This document shows, piece by piece, positions 1 to 9,071 of a stretch of 64,000 bases of DNA. The stretch spans positions 28,206 through 92,205 of IMG/VR virus record IMGVR_UViG_3300035698_014446. One strand, 5' to 3'. The stretch's first letter is position 1; the number at the start of each line of letters is the position of its first letter. The stretch comes from a virus. Position numbers and translations under genes: made by a program. Below the pieces are notes generated by a model, which was not told the origin of the DNA, searched no databases, and was given only the letters and a program-made list of their open reading frames with translations.

Positions 1-523
1 AATCATCATCATCCGTAATGAATTTGTTTACCTTAAGACCATCGAATACCGTCCTGTCTTGTTTTATTTTACCGTATAAACTCCTAAATAGATCATGTAT
101 TCCAACGACCTTTACGTTGTCATTCTTAAAGCATTTACCAGCTAACGATACTGCAGGAACTCCCTTAGGACCGTCAATCAGTACCGCTATTCGCTTATCG
201 GAAAATACATCTATTATCTGGGATAATAGTGTATGCGCATCACCATTTATTATGGTTATGTTATGAAAAATGGATGTTCTTACTATAGCTTCCATTTTCG
301 TTTTCAAATCCATACTTATTAACGGTATCTTAGTAAAGTACTTACCAAGTATGGTGGTGGAACCACCATTACATATACCGGATTCGACAATAAGTTCAAC
401 ATCATAATAGTCTGCCAATGCACAAAAGGCAAACCCCTCACTGTTAAGTATACCTTTCGATAACTTAACGTTAGGCATAACTCTCAAGTTAAACCTCTGT
501 ATTCTTTCGTTCATTATGTCCAT
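1..523 (-). CDS. Class I SAM-dependent methyltransferase-like protein (runs off the left edge)
   Basis: Translated by hand from ATG 523: MDIMNERIQ...IVESGICNGGST...LIDGPKG...GIHD, which are Methyltransf_24-type motifs. No stop before the window edge. Confidence 0.6.
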   Translation of the reverse strand, partial: MDIMNERIQRFNLRVMPNVKLSKGILNSEGFAFCALADYYDVELIVESGICNGGSTTILGKYFTKIPLISMDLKTKMEAIVRTSIFHNITIINGDAHTLLSQIIDVFSDKRIAVLIDGPKGVPAVSLAGKCFKNDNVKVVGIHDLFRSLYGKIKQDRTVFDGLKVNKFITDDDD

Positions 524-528
524 TACAT

Positions 529-1257
529 TCATAATACACTGTCCATTCCTAATCTTAATAATACTGCATCTGTCCCAACAGCTATCATTCTGTAACCTTC
601 GACTACAGCCGCTTGCAAAAGGATTTTGTTTGGTTCGACTATGTGTATTCCTGCGGGGCTACCGGCATCTTTACACATGTCTAAATACCTACGCATATAT
701 TTGTCAAACAACATATCATCCATATTTATGTCTATCGAACCTTTAAGATCAAGAGGTCCAATAAACGAGCCATCAACACCGTCTACCCTGAGTATCGAAT
801 AGAGATTATCCATAGCTATACTATGTTCTATCTGGACAACTAATGATATGTTGTTATTAGCATTTTTTATGTAGTCTTTAAATGTCCGCCCGTATCCATT
901 ACAGTGTGAGTAACCGAATCCTCGCATACCCTTAGGTGGGTATTTTGTGTATCTAACAGCGGATTCCGCTTGTTCCACATTATTAACCATCGGCACGATT
1001 ATACCTTGTGCGCCAGCATCTAATGATCTACCTATCCATTTGTAGTCATTTTCCGGCACTCTAACAATCGGGGCTACACAGTGTGATGATATAACAGTAA
1101 CCAAGTTTGCTACCGACTCTATACTTATAGGTCCGTGTTCCAAATCGATACATATCCAATCGAAACAGTTGGAACCGGCCATTATGTCGGCAATAATAAC
1201 TGAGCCTGTTTGAATCCAACCACCAACAGTCGTTTTGTCTGATTTAAGAATGTTCAC
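529..1257 (-). CDS. HpcH/HpaI aldolase family protein
   Basis: Motifs FDWICIDLEHG, LDAGAQGIIVPMV, YPPKGMRG, VQIEH, FIGPLDL. Confidence 0.9.
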   Translation of the reverse strand: MNILKSDKTTVGGWIQTGSVIIADIMAGSNCFDWICIDLEHGPISIESVANLVTVISSHCVAPIVRVPENDYKWIGRSLDAGAQGIIVPMVNNVEQAESAVRYTKYPPKGMRGFGYSHCNGYGRTFKDYIKNANNNISLVVQIEHSIAMDNLYSILRVDGVDGSFIGPLDLKGSIDINMDDMLFDKYMRRYLDMCKDAGSPAGIHIVEPNKILLQAAVVEGYRMIAVGTDAVLLRLGMDSVL

Positions 1258-2233
1258 AGATGTCTCCTCTTTCGAAAGGAACTAAGTTGCCCGGCGCAGG
1301 TGGGTGACCATTTAATACACTCATACAATCCCTTGCCGCCTGTGTTTCCATATCAATTCTCGTACTAAGAGTCATGGACCCGACGTGTGAGGATAACAAT
1401 ACTTTGTCGTGAAGAATTAAATCACCTTCGTACGGTTCGTCACTGAACACGTCAATTGCTACACCGGCCAATTTCTCCGAATTGATTAACCAGTATAGTA
1501 ATGCTTCTTCATCGAGTATTTCACCACGCGATGTATTAATTAGATACGACCCTTGTTTCATCTTACCGATGAAACCGTGGTCTACCATGTTATGGTTATG
1601 TTTACTCATTGGTACACTAACTGATATTATATCACTTTCGGCCAACACCTTGTCCAGACTTATTGATGGTACAAAAGCATAGTTTGATTCGCCCCACCAC
1701 GAAGTAACCATGGCATCATTTGTATCGTATGCCAGTATGTCTTTTGGGCTGAATGGCTGTAATCTTTTAATTACCCTTTTACCAATTCTACCCACGCCTA
1801 CCACACCAATTACTAACTCAGATATTTTTCTACCAAGAGGTCTATCCCACCGTCTGTGATGGATGGAATTGTTCATTGTGTGTAGTTGTCTTGTCATATT
1901 AAATATTTGGGCAATAATCAATTCGGCTACGCTACCGGCTGGGGCATCCGGGGTGTAGGTTACAACTATTCTATGTTTCTCACAGTACTTTAGGTCCACA
2001 TTATCGAATCCCACACCCATTCGTGAAATTACTTTTAGTTTAGTTGCCGTAGATAATACTTCGGAATTATACGATTCTGTTCCAGCTATTACTCCTTCCG
2101 CGTCCTGTAAACAACTAACTTCTTCCATCCCCGCATCTGCAAGAAGATATCTCGCCGTAAGGTCGAAAGTACCAAACGTGTTGTCTCCCACAAATATTTT
2201 CATTTCATCAGTCATGCCAATAAGGCCTCGCAC
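1244..2233 (-). CDS. D-isomer-specific 2-hydroxyacid dehydrogenase (phosphoglycerate dehydrogenase-like)
   Basis: SRMGVGFDNVD, GVVGVGRIG Rossmann motif, INTSRG, DVFSDEP, SHVGS. Confidence 0.9.
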   Translation of the reverse strand: MRGLIGMTDEMKIFVGDNTFGTFDLTARYLLADAGMEEVSCLQDAEGVIAGTESYNSEVLSTATKLKVISRMGVGFDNVDLKYCEKHRIVVTYTPDAPAGSVAELIIAQIFNMTRQLHTMNNSIHHRRWDRPLGRKISELVIGVVGVGRIGKRVIKRLQPFSPKDILAYDTNDAMVTSWWGESNYAFVPSISLDKVLAESDIISVSVPMSKHNHNMVDHGFIGKMKQGSYLINTSRGEILDEEALLYWLINSEKLAGVAIDVFSDEPYEGDLILHDKVLLSSHVGSMTLSTRIDMETQAARDCMSVLNGHPPAPGNLVPFERGDICEHS

Positions 2234-2862
2234 TTGTAAATCCTTCCAACAATGTCCATGAACTCTCTCGGAGCAAACTCATTTATAAACACAAAATCAC
2301 CAAAAGACGAGTTTGGCTTACGCGCATTTCCAAGAAATCGAAAAGTACCGTTTGTTACGATATATTTACACACTTCGTCAACCAGTGGTGCATCCTTATA
2401 AAAAGGAGCAAAGAATACTTCTACCTGAATACACCATATAGTATTCAAGTATTTACCCAAACTTTTGATAACTTTTAAATCATATCCTTGTGTATCCACT
2501 TTCAAAAAATTAAAATGTGGCTCCATCGAATCGAGTATCGTGTCCAACCTGATTCTGTTTACCTTAATAACCTGCTTTATATCAAGGTCCGTTGGGCTTT
2601 GTGGCCTCATAGACGCAGCCGTATCTTCTACCTCAAAAAAGGATGAGCAATCCTGTTTTTTTAACACGTTAAAATCGGTTATTCCTTCCTCGTCCGAGAT
2701 AGCAAGTCGTAAATGACAATGATTCGTAGTATTGAACGAATTGTACAACGGATTAAAGGATAATATATATCCCATTTTATCCAGTTCTTTTTTCCACTGG
2801 TTATTCATGTCACCAGTAAATCCAACATCGATCAAATTGAGCTTAATATTATTAGTGCCCAT
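2212..2862 (-). CDS. FkbM-family methyltransferase
   Basis: IDVG, SSFF, RLDTI, FLKVDTQGYDLKVIK, IQVEV. Confidence 0.85.
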   Translation of the reverse strand: MGTNNIKLNLIDVGFTGDMNNQWKKELDKMGYILSFNPLYNSFNTTNHCHLRLAISDEEGITDFNVLKKQDCSSFFEVEDTAASMRPQSPTDLDIKQVIKVNRIRLDTILDSMEPHFNFLKVDTQGYDLKVIKSLGKYLNTIWCIQVEVFFAPFYKDAPLVDEVCKYIVTNGTFRFLGNARKPNSSFGDFVFINEFAPREFMDIVGRIYKCEALLA

Positions 2863-2908
2863 ATTATATAACTTTCTTTATTCTTTCACTAAATACTTTA
2901 GGTATTAA

Positions 2909-3571
2909 CTAATTAAGTTTATCACCTTTTTTACAATTACAACTAACACAGGTAGGTACTACATTTTCTGGGGAATGTTCACCATTTTTATTAAGCGGTA
3001 TTACGTGATCTTGGGTTAGATATCCCTGTTTTGTTTCTATATCACTAATACTACAATACGCACATCTGTAATTATATTTTATTAAAATTTCTTCCCATTG
3101 TTCCGCATCAACACCAGTTCCGTTAGTTCGTTTTAGTACTTTATGATTTTTAGCATATGCCTTACATTTATCTTTGTTATTTTTACGCCATAAACTATAT
3201 GTTATACTTAATCTATCCTTATTATTTTGATAATATTTTTTATGTTTAATACGTACTTTTTTCTTATTTTTATTATACCATTTCTTTTTTCTATCTGATT
3301 CTTTTTCAGGGTTAACTTCACGGCGTCTTTTAACTTTTACTGCTATTTCTTTTTTATTATCACTATAATATTTTTTCTTTCGTGTAAGCAATTCTTTATT
3401 GTTCCTACGGTATTTCTTTGTTCGTTTACTAACACATACTTTACATTCCGAATTAAGTCCCGAACATTTACTGCTTTTTACATGAAAATACTCGGTAGTC
3501 GCCGGTAACTCATCACCACAACCCGTGCATTCTACAGTTAAATTAATTACTTTATTTTCCTTGCTACACAT
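2909..3571 (-). CDS. HNH homing endonuclease
   Basis: N-terminal CxxC...CxxC, basic linker, RCAYC...DHVIPL...H...NVVPTCVSCN. The stop TAG falls where the paralogues have Trp. Confidence 0.85.
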   Translation of the reverse strand: MCSKENKVINLTVECTGCGDELPATTEYFHVKSSKCSGLNSECKVCVSKRTKKYRRNNKELLTRKKKYYSDNKKEIAVKVKRRREVNPEKESDRKKKWYNKNKKKVRIKHKKYYQNNKDRLSITYSLWRKNNKDKCKAYAKNHKVLKRTNGTGVDAEQWEEILIKYNYRCAYCSISDIETKQGYLTQDHVIPLNKNGEHSPENVVPTCVSCNCKKGDKLN

Positions 3572-4131
3572 AGTCCGGCCCTTGTTGCACTTTTATATAT
3601 TAGTTCCCATTCATGTCTACTGTCCAATATTTCCTCATACGCCCGGTGATTCTTTATGCTTTTCGGAAAGTGTATATCATGAAGGGCTATAAAACCACCA
3701 ACCGGTAACATATCCTTCATTATCAACCATTCCGAGTATCCACAATATTCACCAGTGTCACAGAAGAAGAATTGTGGAAGACCATACGTTTTTATAGTCT
3801 CTCTTATAAGATCGGTTCTACCTTCCATTTTACACTTACCAAGAGCCACATCTTCATCCGGTGTATTTTTGTATCTTGATTCCTCAAAATACTTGTGTTC
3901 AGGACCTATTACATCTCCCGGTGCTATAGACCAACCTGTTATGTATGTCTCAAGCCCCATTACTGGTTTATGATCGAGTTTTGGTTTAATTAAATCGATA
4001 GACATTACCCTGACAAGACTTCTGGCAAAACACCGCGTAGAATAACCACTACCTGTTTCCAATACATAATTACAGTTCTTAGCAAGACTTATCAATACTG
4101 TTAATTCACTATCAGTCGGACTACCCATCAC
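3547..4131 (-). CDS. Class I SAM-dependent methyltransferase-like protein
   Basis: VLETGSGYST motif I, SID, LPVGGFIALHD. Confidence 0.7.
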   Translation of the reverse strand: MMGSPTDSELTVLISLAKNCNYVLETGSGYSTRCFARSLVRVMSIDLIKPKLDHKPVMGLETYITGWSIAPGDVIGPEHKYFEESRYKNTPDEDVALGKCKMEGRTDLIRETIKTYGLPQFFFCDTGEYCGYSEWLIMKDMLPVGGFIALHDIHFPKSIKNHRAYEEILDSRHEWELIYKSATRAGLCVARKIK

Positions 4132-4711
4132 TTCTCCTCTTACTCGTAACTATCCAATGTTTATTGTTAAGAAAACGAATATCTGATATATCTAACAGAC
4201 CATCGTATCTGTCATGAATTTCATCTTTATTCCCAAAATGTCTAACATGACATTTCGCTGGTTTATTTGGCACTGAAAAGAATACCCAAGTCCCTGCTTC
4301 TATTTCCTTAACAAATTCCAAATCCCATATTATATGTTCAAATATTTCTTGTGCAATCACACAATCATACTTGTTGAGATCAGCTGAATACCTAAATGTA
4401 TAATTGATTAGATCAATTGTACAATCTTCGTTATTAACACCCTGTAGCATAACCTCAGCGTAATCAAAAGAATCAGAAAATTCGTAACCAGTATACGTCT
4501 TTGGTCTAATCTCGTCCACAACCATAGCAATCATGTGCCCAAAACCAAATCCTACTTCCAGTACATGTTTCGGTTCGCAAGTAGCCTTTATTATTTCAAG
4601 CATTGGCCTCATGTACGGAAGTATTTCTCCGTATTTTGGATTTCTCGACCAAAATTCACTGTAGTAAACATGGTCTTTTTCGTTTTTGTCTATGTCAGGT
4701 CTACGTATCAT
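4121..4711 (-). CDS. Class I SAM-dependent methyltransferase
   Basis: VLEVGFGFG, YTGYEFS, YDCVIAQEIFEHI, FSVPN. Confidence 0.85.
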   Translation of the reverse strand: MIRRPDIDKNEKDHVYYSEFWSRNPKYGEILPYMRPMLEIIKATCEPKHVLEVGFGFGHMIAMVVDEIRPKTYTGYEFSDSFDYAEVMLQGVNNEDCTIDLINYTFRYSADLNKYDCVIAQEIFEHIIWDLEFVKEIEAGTWVFFSVPNKPAKCHVRHFGNKDEIHDRYDGLLDISDIRFLNNKHWIVTSKRRSDG

Positions 4712-4723
4712 ATTTTGTCCCTG

Positions 4724-5353
4724 TCAAGCAATTACCCAGTTTACTTTATTACCTTTTTTAGTGTTACATAGTATACAACACAGTACAATGTTATTTATTT
4801 CGTGCCTACCATCTCTGTCCAATGAAATAACGTGATCTTTACTTATACCATTCGGATTATATTTAAATTGTACATTTTCCTCAAGCACCACATTACAATA
4901 CACACAACGACCATTATACTCAGTTATTTTATCAGCCCATTCTTGTGCAGTTATACCTTCATCGCCTACTAATTTTAGTAATCTACGATTGTCGTTATGA
5001 ATTTTTAATGACTCTTTATTGTTCTTACGCCATTTCTTTTGTTGTAATTTTATTTTCCTACAATTCACCTCTCTGTATTCTTTTTGTTGTATGGCTATTT
5101 TATTTTTATTATTATCGTACCACACTTTTTTCCGTTTTACTTCTTTTTCTTTATTTTTATTACGCCACTTTTTACCATAAATTTTCATTTTATTTTTATT
5201 TTTACTACGCCACTCTTTACTATGGACAGCAGCACATTTTTTACATCGTTGTTGAAAACCAAATTTTCCCTTTTTATTTTTATAAAAATGTTCAGAAATA
5301 GCTAAAAACTTTATATTACAATCAGAACATATTATAAAATTATATGTAGTCAC
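4724..5353 (-). CDS. HNH homing endonuclease
   Basis: RCVYC...DHVISL...H...NIVLCCILCN. Paralogue of 2909 and 6039. Confidence 0.85.
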   Translation of the reverse strand: MTTYNFIICSDCNIKFLAISEHFYKNKKGKFGFQQRCKKCAAVHSKEWRSKNKNKMKIYGKKWRNKNKEKEVKRKKVWYDNNKNKIAIQQKEYREVNCRKIKLQQKKWRKNNKESLKIHNDNRRLLKLVGDEGITAQEWADKITEYNGRCVYCNVVLEENVQFKYNPNGISKDHVISLDRDGRHEINNIVLCCILCNTKKGNKVNWVIA

Positions 5354-6031
5354 TTATAACCGTACTCCTGTAATAATAAGTCTGTGTCCACGTATTGAGT
5401 TTTGGAGAGGATTATTATTAGTGTAATATTTTACCCAATAATCATTGAATTCCATTACCTCACTAGTTTCCTTTATTAATACATGCGCTGAATCAATGAT
5501 AGCATGTCTCTTTATCTCGTTAATCAGTTTTATTATGTCAAAATTAGACGAAAAATACCTAATACCTTGTCTATCCTGACGAATAATAGAACGTAAGCTA
5601 CCACCTACACTCCACTTAAACAAAGTAATATGAAATCGTCTAGCGCAAGTTGTTATGTTCTTTATCGCCGTTACTACAGGATACGTGTGTTCAACCACAT
5701 CACACACTCTCACCAGATCATACAAAATAACTGGTTCATTGACAAATCTCTCTATAACGCCTTTGATAATGTTAACGTCCGGATACATCTTAGCTATGTA
5801 ATCAATAAACGATTTTGACGTTTCCAACACGTTATACTTTATAGTTCTTATCTTTCTTATCTCCGGGTATTCTATTAATTGTCCGGGTCCTATTTCCAGA
5901 ATTGATTTTATATTTTCATGTTTTCTAATATACTCTATATACATTTTATGATATAAATCTTTTCTGTTATGTTCGATAAACCCTACATCACCGGGCTTAT
6001 ATTGATCCCACTTTTTAAGTAATTCCGTCAT
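5354..6031 (-). CDS. Class I SAM-dependent methyltransferase
   Basis: SILEIGPG, YDLVRVCDVVEH. Confidence 0.75.
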   Translation of the reverse strand: MTELLKKWDQYKPGDVGFIEHNRKDLYHKMYIEYIRKHENIKSILEIGPGQLIEYPEIRKIRTIKYNVLETSKSFIDYIAKMYPDVNIIKGVIERFVNEPVILYDLVRVCDVVEHTYPVVTAIKNITTCARRFHITLFKWSVGGSLRSIIRQDRQGIRYFSSNFDIIKLINEIKRHAIIDSAHVLIKETSEVMEFNDYWVKYYTNNNPLQNSIRGHRLIITGVRL

Positions 6032-6038
6032 TTGGTTC

Positions 6039-6602
6039 CTATGCCAATTTTAATTCTTTACCAAATATTTTTAGTTTTTTCCAATCTAATTTATTTTTCT
6101 TTTTTGTATTATAATCTCTACAACATGGAACAACATTATCTATTTCATGTTTACCACCCTTATCTAAAGGAATAACGTGATCTTGACTAATACCATTTGG
6201 GTTATAAATATTAGGTAAATTTTCTTCCAACCTAATACCACAATAAGCACACCTACCATTATACTCAAGTATTTTGTGTGCCCATTCCTTAACAGTTGTC
6301 CCTTTGCCAGATAATTTTTTAAGAATTTTACGATTTCTTGTTTTTATTCTTATTGTGTCTTTGTTAATTTTATAGTATTTTTTATAGCGTTTTCTATTAC
6401 GTTTATTCGCCACTTCTTTGTTTTCCTCATACCATTTTTTATTACGTTTGTTTATTGATTTTTTATTTTTCTTGTATTGTATTCTATAGCGTTTTCTCGT
6501 GCATACCTTACAGTCTAATCTTAATTCGTTACCTCTTCTGTGAAAATATTCCGGCGTATCCGGAAATTCATCACCACATTTTATGCACTCTTTCATTATC
6601 AC
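6039..6602 (-). CDS. HNH homing endonuclease (last Zn-ligand Cys replaced by Tyr)
   Basis: RCAYC...DHVIPL...H...NVVPCCRDYN. Confidence 0.8.
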   Translation of the reverse strand: MIMKECIKCGDEFPDTPEYFHRRGNELRLDCKVCTRKRYRIQYKKNKKSINKRNKKWYEENKEVANKRNRKRYKKYYKINKDTIRIKTRNRKILKKLSGKGTTVKEWAHKILEYNGRCAYCGIRLEENLPNIYNPNGISQDHVIPLDKGGKHEIDNVVPCCRDYNTKKKNKLDWKKLKIFGKELKLA

Positions 6603-7288
6603 TCAAGTATTCCCATCACATCTTTAAAGAACTTACTATGCACAGTCGGGGTTATAATATTAAAGTTTACACCAGCTACCCTTAGTAATTGCATCCCTTC
6701 ACGAGTTAATTTATCTTTAACAATACACTGTTCATAAGTAGCATCATCTGTAAAGCCATTACCATAGCAATGTTGATTTCCTTCACCATTAATTAAATCT
6801 TTTCGTGTATGAAGACAAAAACCGTCAAACCCTACTGCGTAAATCCTTTTTGCACCAAGTACTTTAGCAATGGCTATCGCGAGAACCCCGGCTATCCTGA
6901 AATGTCCATACAGAATACCACCTATATACCTGTATGGTACACCCGGTTCACTTTTGTAATTCACCTGAATATAATCACCACCTACCGCTGCTCTCAAACT
7001 TTCAACGATTCCTATACCAAGCATCAGTTTGGATTGAGAACGTATGCAGTTTCTTTGATCATGTAATCTCTGATTATTAGTCCATAAATGATAATCAGGG
7101 ATGAAAAAATCAGTCATTTTATTTATACCAATGGTTACCAATCTTTCATCCTTTATAAAGTGACGAATTTTTTGATAATACTTCCTTGTACCATCACCAG
7201 CACCAACAATCACAAAATCTCTGTCTTGTTCCGTGTTTTCATACCAACTTAGGCGGTTCACGAAGCATCCTTTCAAATCCCCACTCAC
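6599..7288 (-). CDS. DUF115/Maf-like (sialyltransferase-like) glycosyltransferase
   Basis: VIVGAG, TIGIN, PDYH, AIAIAKVLGAKRIYAVGFDG...HCY. Confidence 0.65.
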   Translation of the reverse strand: MSGDLKGCFVNRLSWYENTEQDRDFVIVGAGDGTRKYYQKIRHFIKDERLVTIGINKMTDFFIPDYHLWTNNQRLHDQRNCIRSQSKLMLGIGIVESLRAAVGGDYIQVNYKSEPGVPYRYIGGILYGHFRIAGVLAIAIAKVLGAKRIYAVGFDGFCLHTRKDLINGEGNQHCYGNGFTDDATYEQCIVKDKLTREGMQLLRVAGVNFNIITPTVHSKFFKDVMGILE

Positions 7289-8189
7289 GAGTTAATTTGC
7301 GATAATTAATAGAAGATAATCCAAGTCTCGGACATCTTTGGCACTCTACTGGTAATTCTGATACTTTGGTTGAATTGTAAAATTTATTCTTAAATTCAGA
7401 CATAATGGGATTTTGATTATTATAAGTCCCATATTTTTTGTTGGAATGAATGTGACAACACGGAGTAACATATCCGTTTAAACCAATAGTAATTCTATGG
7501 TTTATTATTTGAACACATAAACATCTTTCATGGTACTGACCCGGTAAATTCAACTTTATGTTAATGTTAAAATCGTTTCGAGCAGTTAATTCGCTAATAA
7601 AGTTTAAAAAATTAGAGTCTGGTTTTATTGTTTTGTACTTATCTACTACAGGATTATACTGGTGAAATCTGATTGTGTTGACACCCAATTCTTCACAAAA
7701 TTTAATCACATCAATTACATCCTCGTGATCGCCTGACATGAGTATGTAATTAATGGTTATCTTCTTTCTGTCAGGAGTAGACACAGCCAGTTTTATATTC
7801 TTAATTACTCTGTCAAATTGTTTTTGTGTTCCACCACGACGTACGGCATACTTGTATGCTGTGTACCCGTCAAGACTAATTACCATGTGCATATACTTAA
7901 TCATATCAACAAATTTATCGAGCAATTGACCATTAGTTATTACTTTGTTAACAATTACTCCGTTTTCGTTGGCATAACTAACCATTTCCCTGTACCGGGA
8001 ATGCATCAGTACTTCACCCTCGCTTTGTAGTAACAATTTATTGTAACCACAACCCTTCAAATAATCAATTATTCTCTGATATTCAGACATCGGCATTTCG
8101 GAATCAGTCTTCTCGTTATGTACCCATAAACAATGAGGACATTTGAGATTACATTTATCCGTAATATGTATGACCGCTACTTTATTCAT
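7239..8189 (-). CDS. Radical SAM protein with SPASM/twitch domain
   Basis: CNLKCPHC (CxxxCxxC), GEVLMH, ITNG, ISLDG, C-terminal C...GYVTPCC...CQRC. Confidence 0.9.
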   Translation of the reverse strand: MNKVAVIHITDKCNLKCPHCLWVHNEKTDSEMPMSEYQRIIDYLKGCGYNKLLLQSEGEVLMHSRYREMVSYANENGVIVNKVITNGQLLDKFVDMIKYMHMVISLDGYTAYKYAVRRGGTQKQFDRVIKNIKLAVSTPDRKKITINYILMSGDHEDVIDVIKFCEELGVNTIRFHQYNPVVDKYKTIKPDSNFLNFISELTARNDFNINIKLNLPGQYHERCLCVQIINHRITIGLNGYVTPCCHIHSNKKYGTYNNQNPIMSEFKNKFYNSTKVSELPVECQRCPRLGLSSINYRKLTREWGFERMLREPPKLV

Positions 8190-8614
8190 TATATTACGTA
8201 ATCGCCCTCTGGTACTTTGGTTTTGTTATTCACGGAGTCAATTATCTCCCTAAGTCTGTCAACACTTTTTTCTATTGATAATGTATCAGTATCAATAGTT
8301 AGATAATCATATAATTCCTCATAAAAGTGACCTTCTCTGTACGGCATCATTTTTCTGATATAAACAAAACTTATCATCGGGTAATTGGCACTTATCGTTC
8401 TTCTCGTGTATATCACCGGAGCAATTACTGATACAATTACATTAATTTGTTTAACGAGTTCCCTCACCAACCGAGCTACTCTATAGTTATGTTCTGATCT
8501 TTCATCAAGGGAGAATCCAGCGCCCAATAATATACTGTCCCTCATTTCGTCCCCATCAACTATAACAGTAATTGATGTCCCACAAGTTTTAAGTATGTGC
8601 GTGTAAAGTAGCAT
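8189..8614 (-). CDS. Adenylyl-sulfate kinase-like protein with a sulfotransferase-like N-terminus in place of the P-loop
   Basis: The body DGDEMR...GFSLDERSEHNYRVARL...VIVSVIAP...R...YEE is CysC-like. The N-terminus HILKTCGTS resembles the sulfotransferase HIPKTxGTS motif. Confidence 0.65.
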   Translation of the reverse strand: MLLYTHILKTCGTSITVIVDGDEMRDSILLGAGFSLDERSEHNYRVARLVRELVKQINVIVSVIAPVIYTRRTISANYPMISFVYIRKMMPYREGHFYEELYDYLTIDTDTLSIEKSVDRLREIIDSVNNKTKVPEGDYVI

Positions 8615-9071
8615 TATTATTCCTCATAACTTGACATACTACCTGTTTATTTCCTAAAATAGCCCAGCATACTATTCTGTGGTGTCCATCTTTAATACTA
8701 AATGATCTTCCCTCTTGAGCAATAACTACTGGTGGTTTAGTAATTCCCTTAATTCTTATGTTATTGAATAACTTCATAAAATTTGCAGCTTTAAATACGG
8801 CCACAGGATGCGATTTACCATACAATCTTTGCATCCTATAATAATCAGTATCCACGTAATCAAACTTAGTACCTGTAGTAGCACACTTTACGTACTCAAG
8901 GATGAATCGGTACATAGGTGATATTTTTAAACCGAGTACGTCGTCACATTTTGCCGGGAACAATGATTTATACAACTCATACCTTTTGGGGTTATACTCA
9001 ACAGTAAGACTATCGATATCTACCATGTTAAGTGATGACATTTTTCCGTTTGGTATTACAAATTCAACCAT
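8589..9071 (-). CDS. ParB/sulfiredoxin N-terminal-like protein
   Basis: IRIKGITKPPVV...IKDGHHR. Confidence 0.6.
   Translation of the reverse strand: MVEFVIPNGKMSSLNMVDIDSLTVEYNPKRYELYKSLFPAKCDDVLGLKISPMYRFILEYVKCATTGTKFDYVDTDYYRMQRLYGKSHPVAVFKAANFMKLFNNIRIKGITKPPVVIAQEGRSFSIKDGHHRIVCWAILGNKQVVCQVMRNNNATLHAHT

Noticed and set aside
2212-6602. Restriction-modification system (MTase and HNH pairs)
   Set aside because: The methyltransferases lack DNA-MTase motifs (DPPY/NPPY, PC) and look like small-molecule or glycan MTases. The HNHs have homing-endonuclease architecture.
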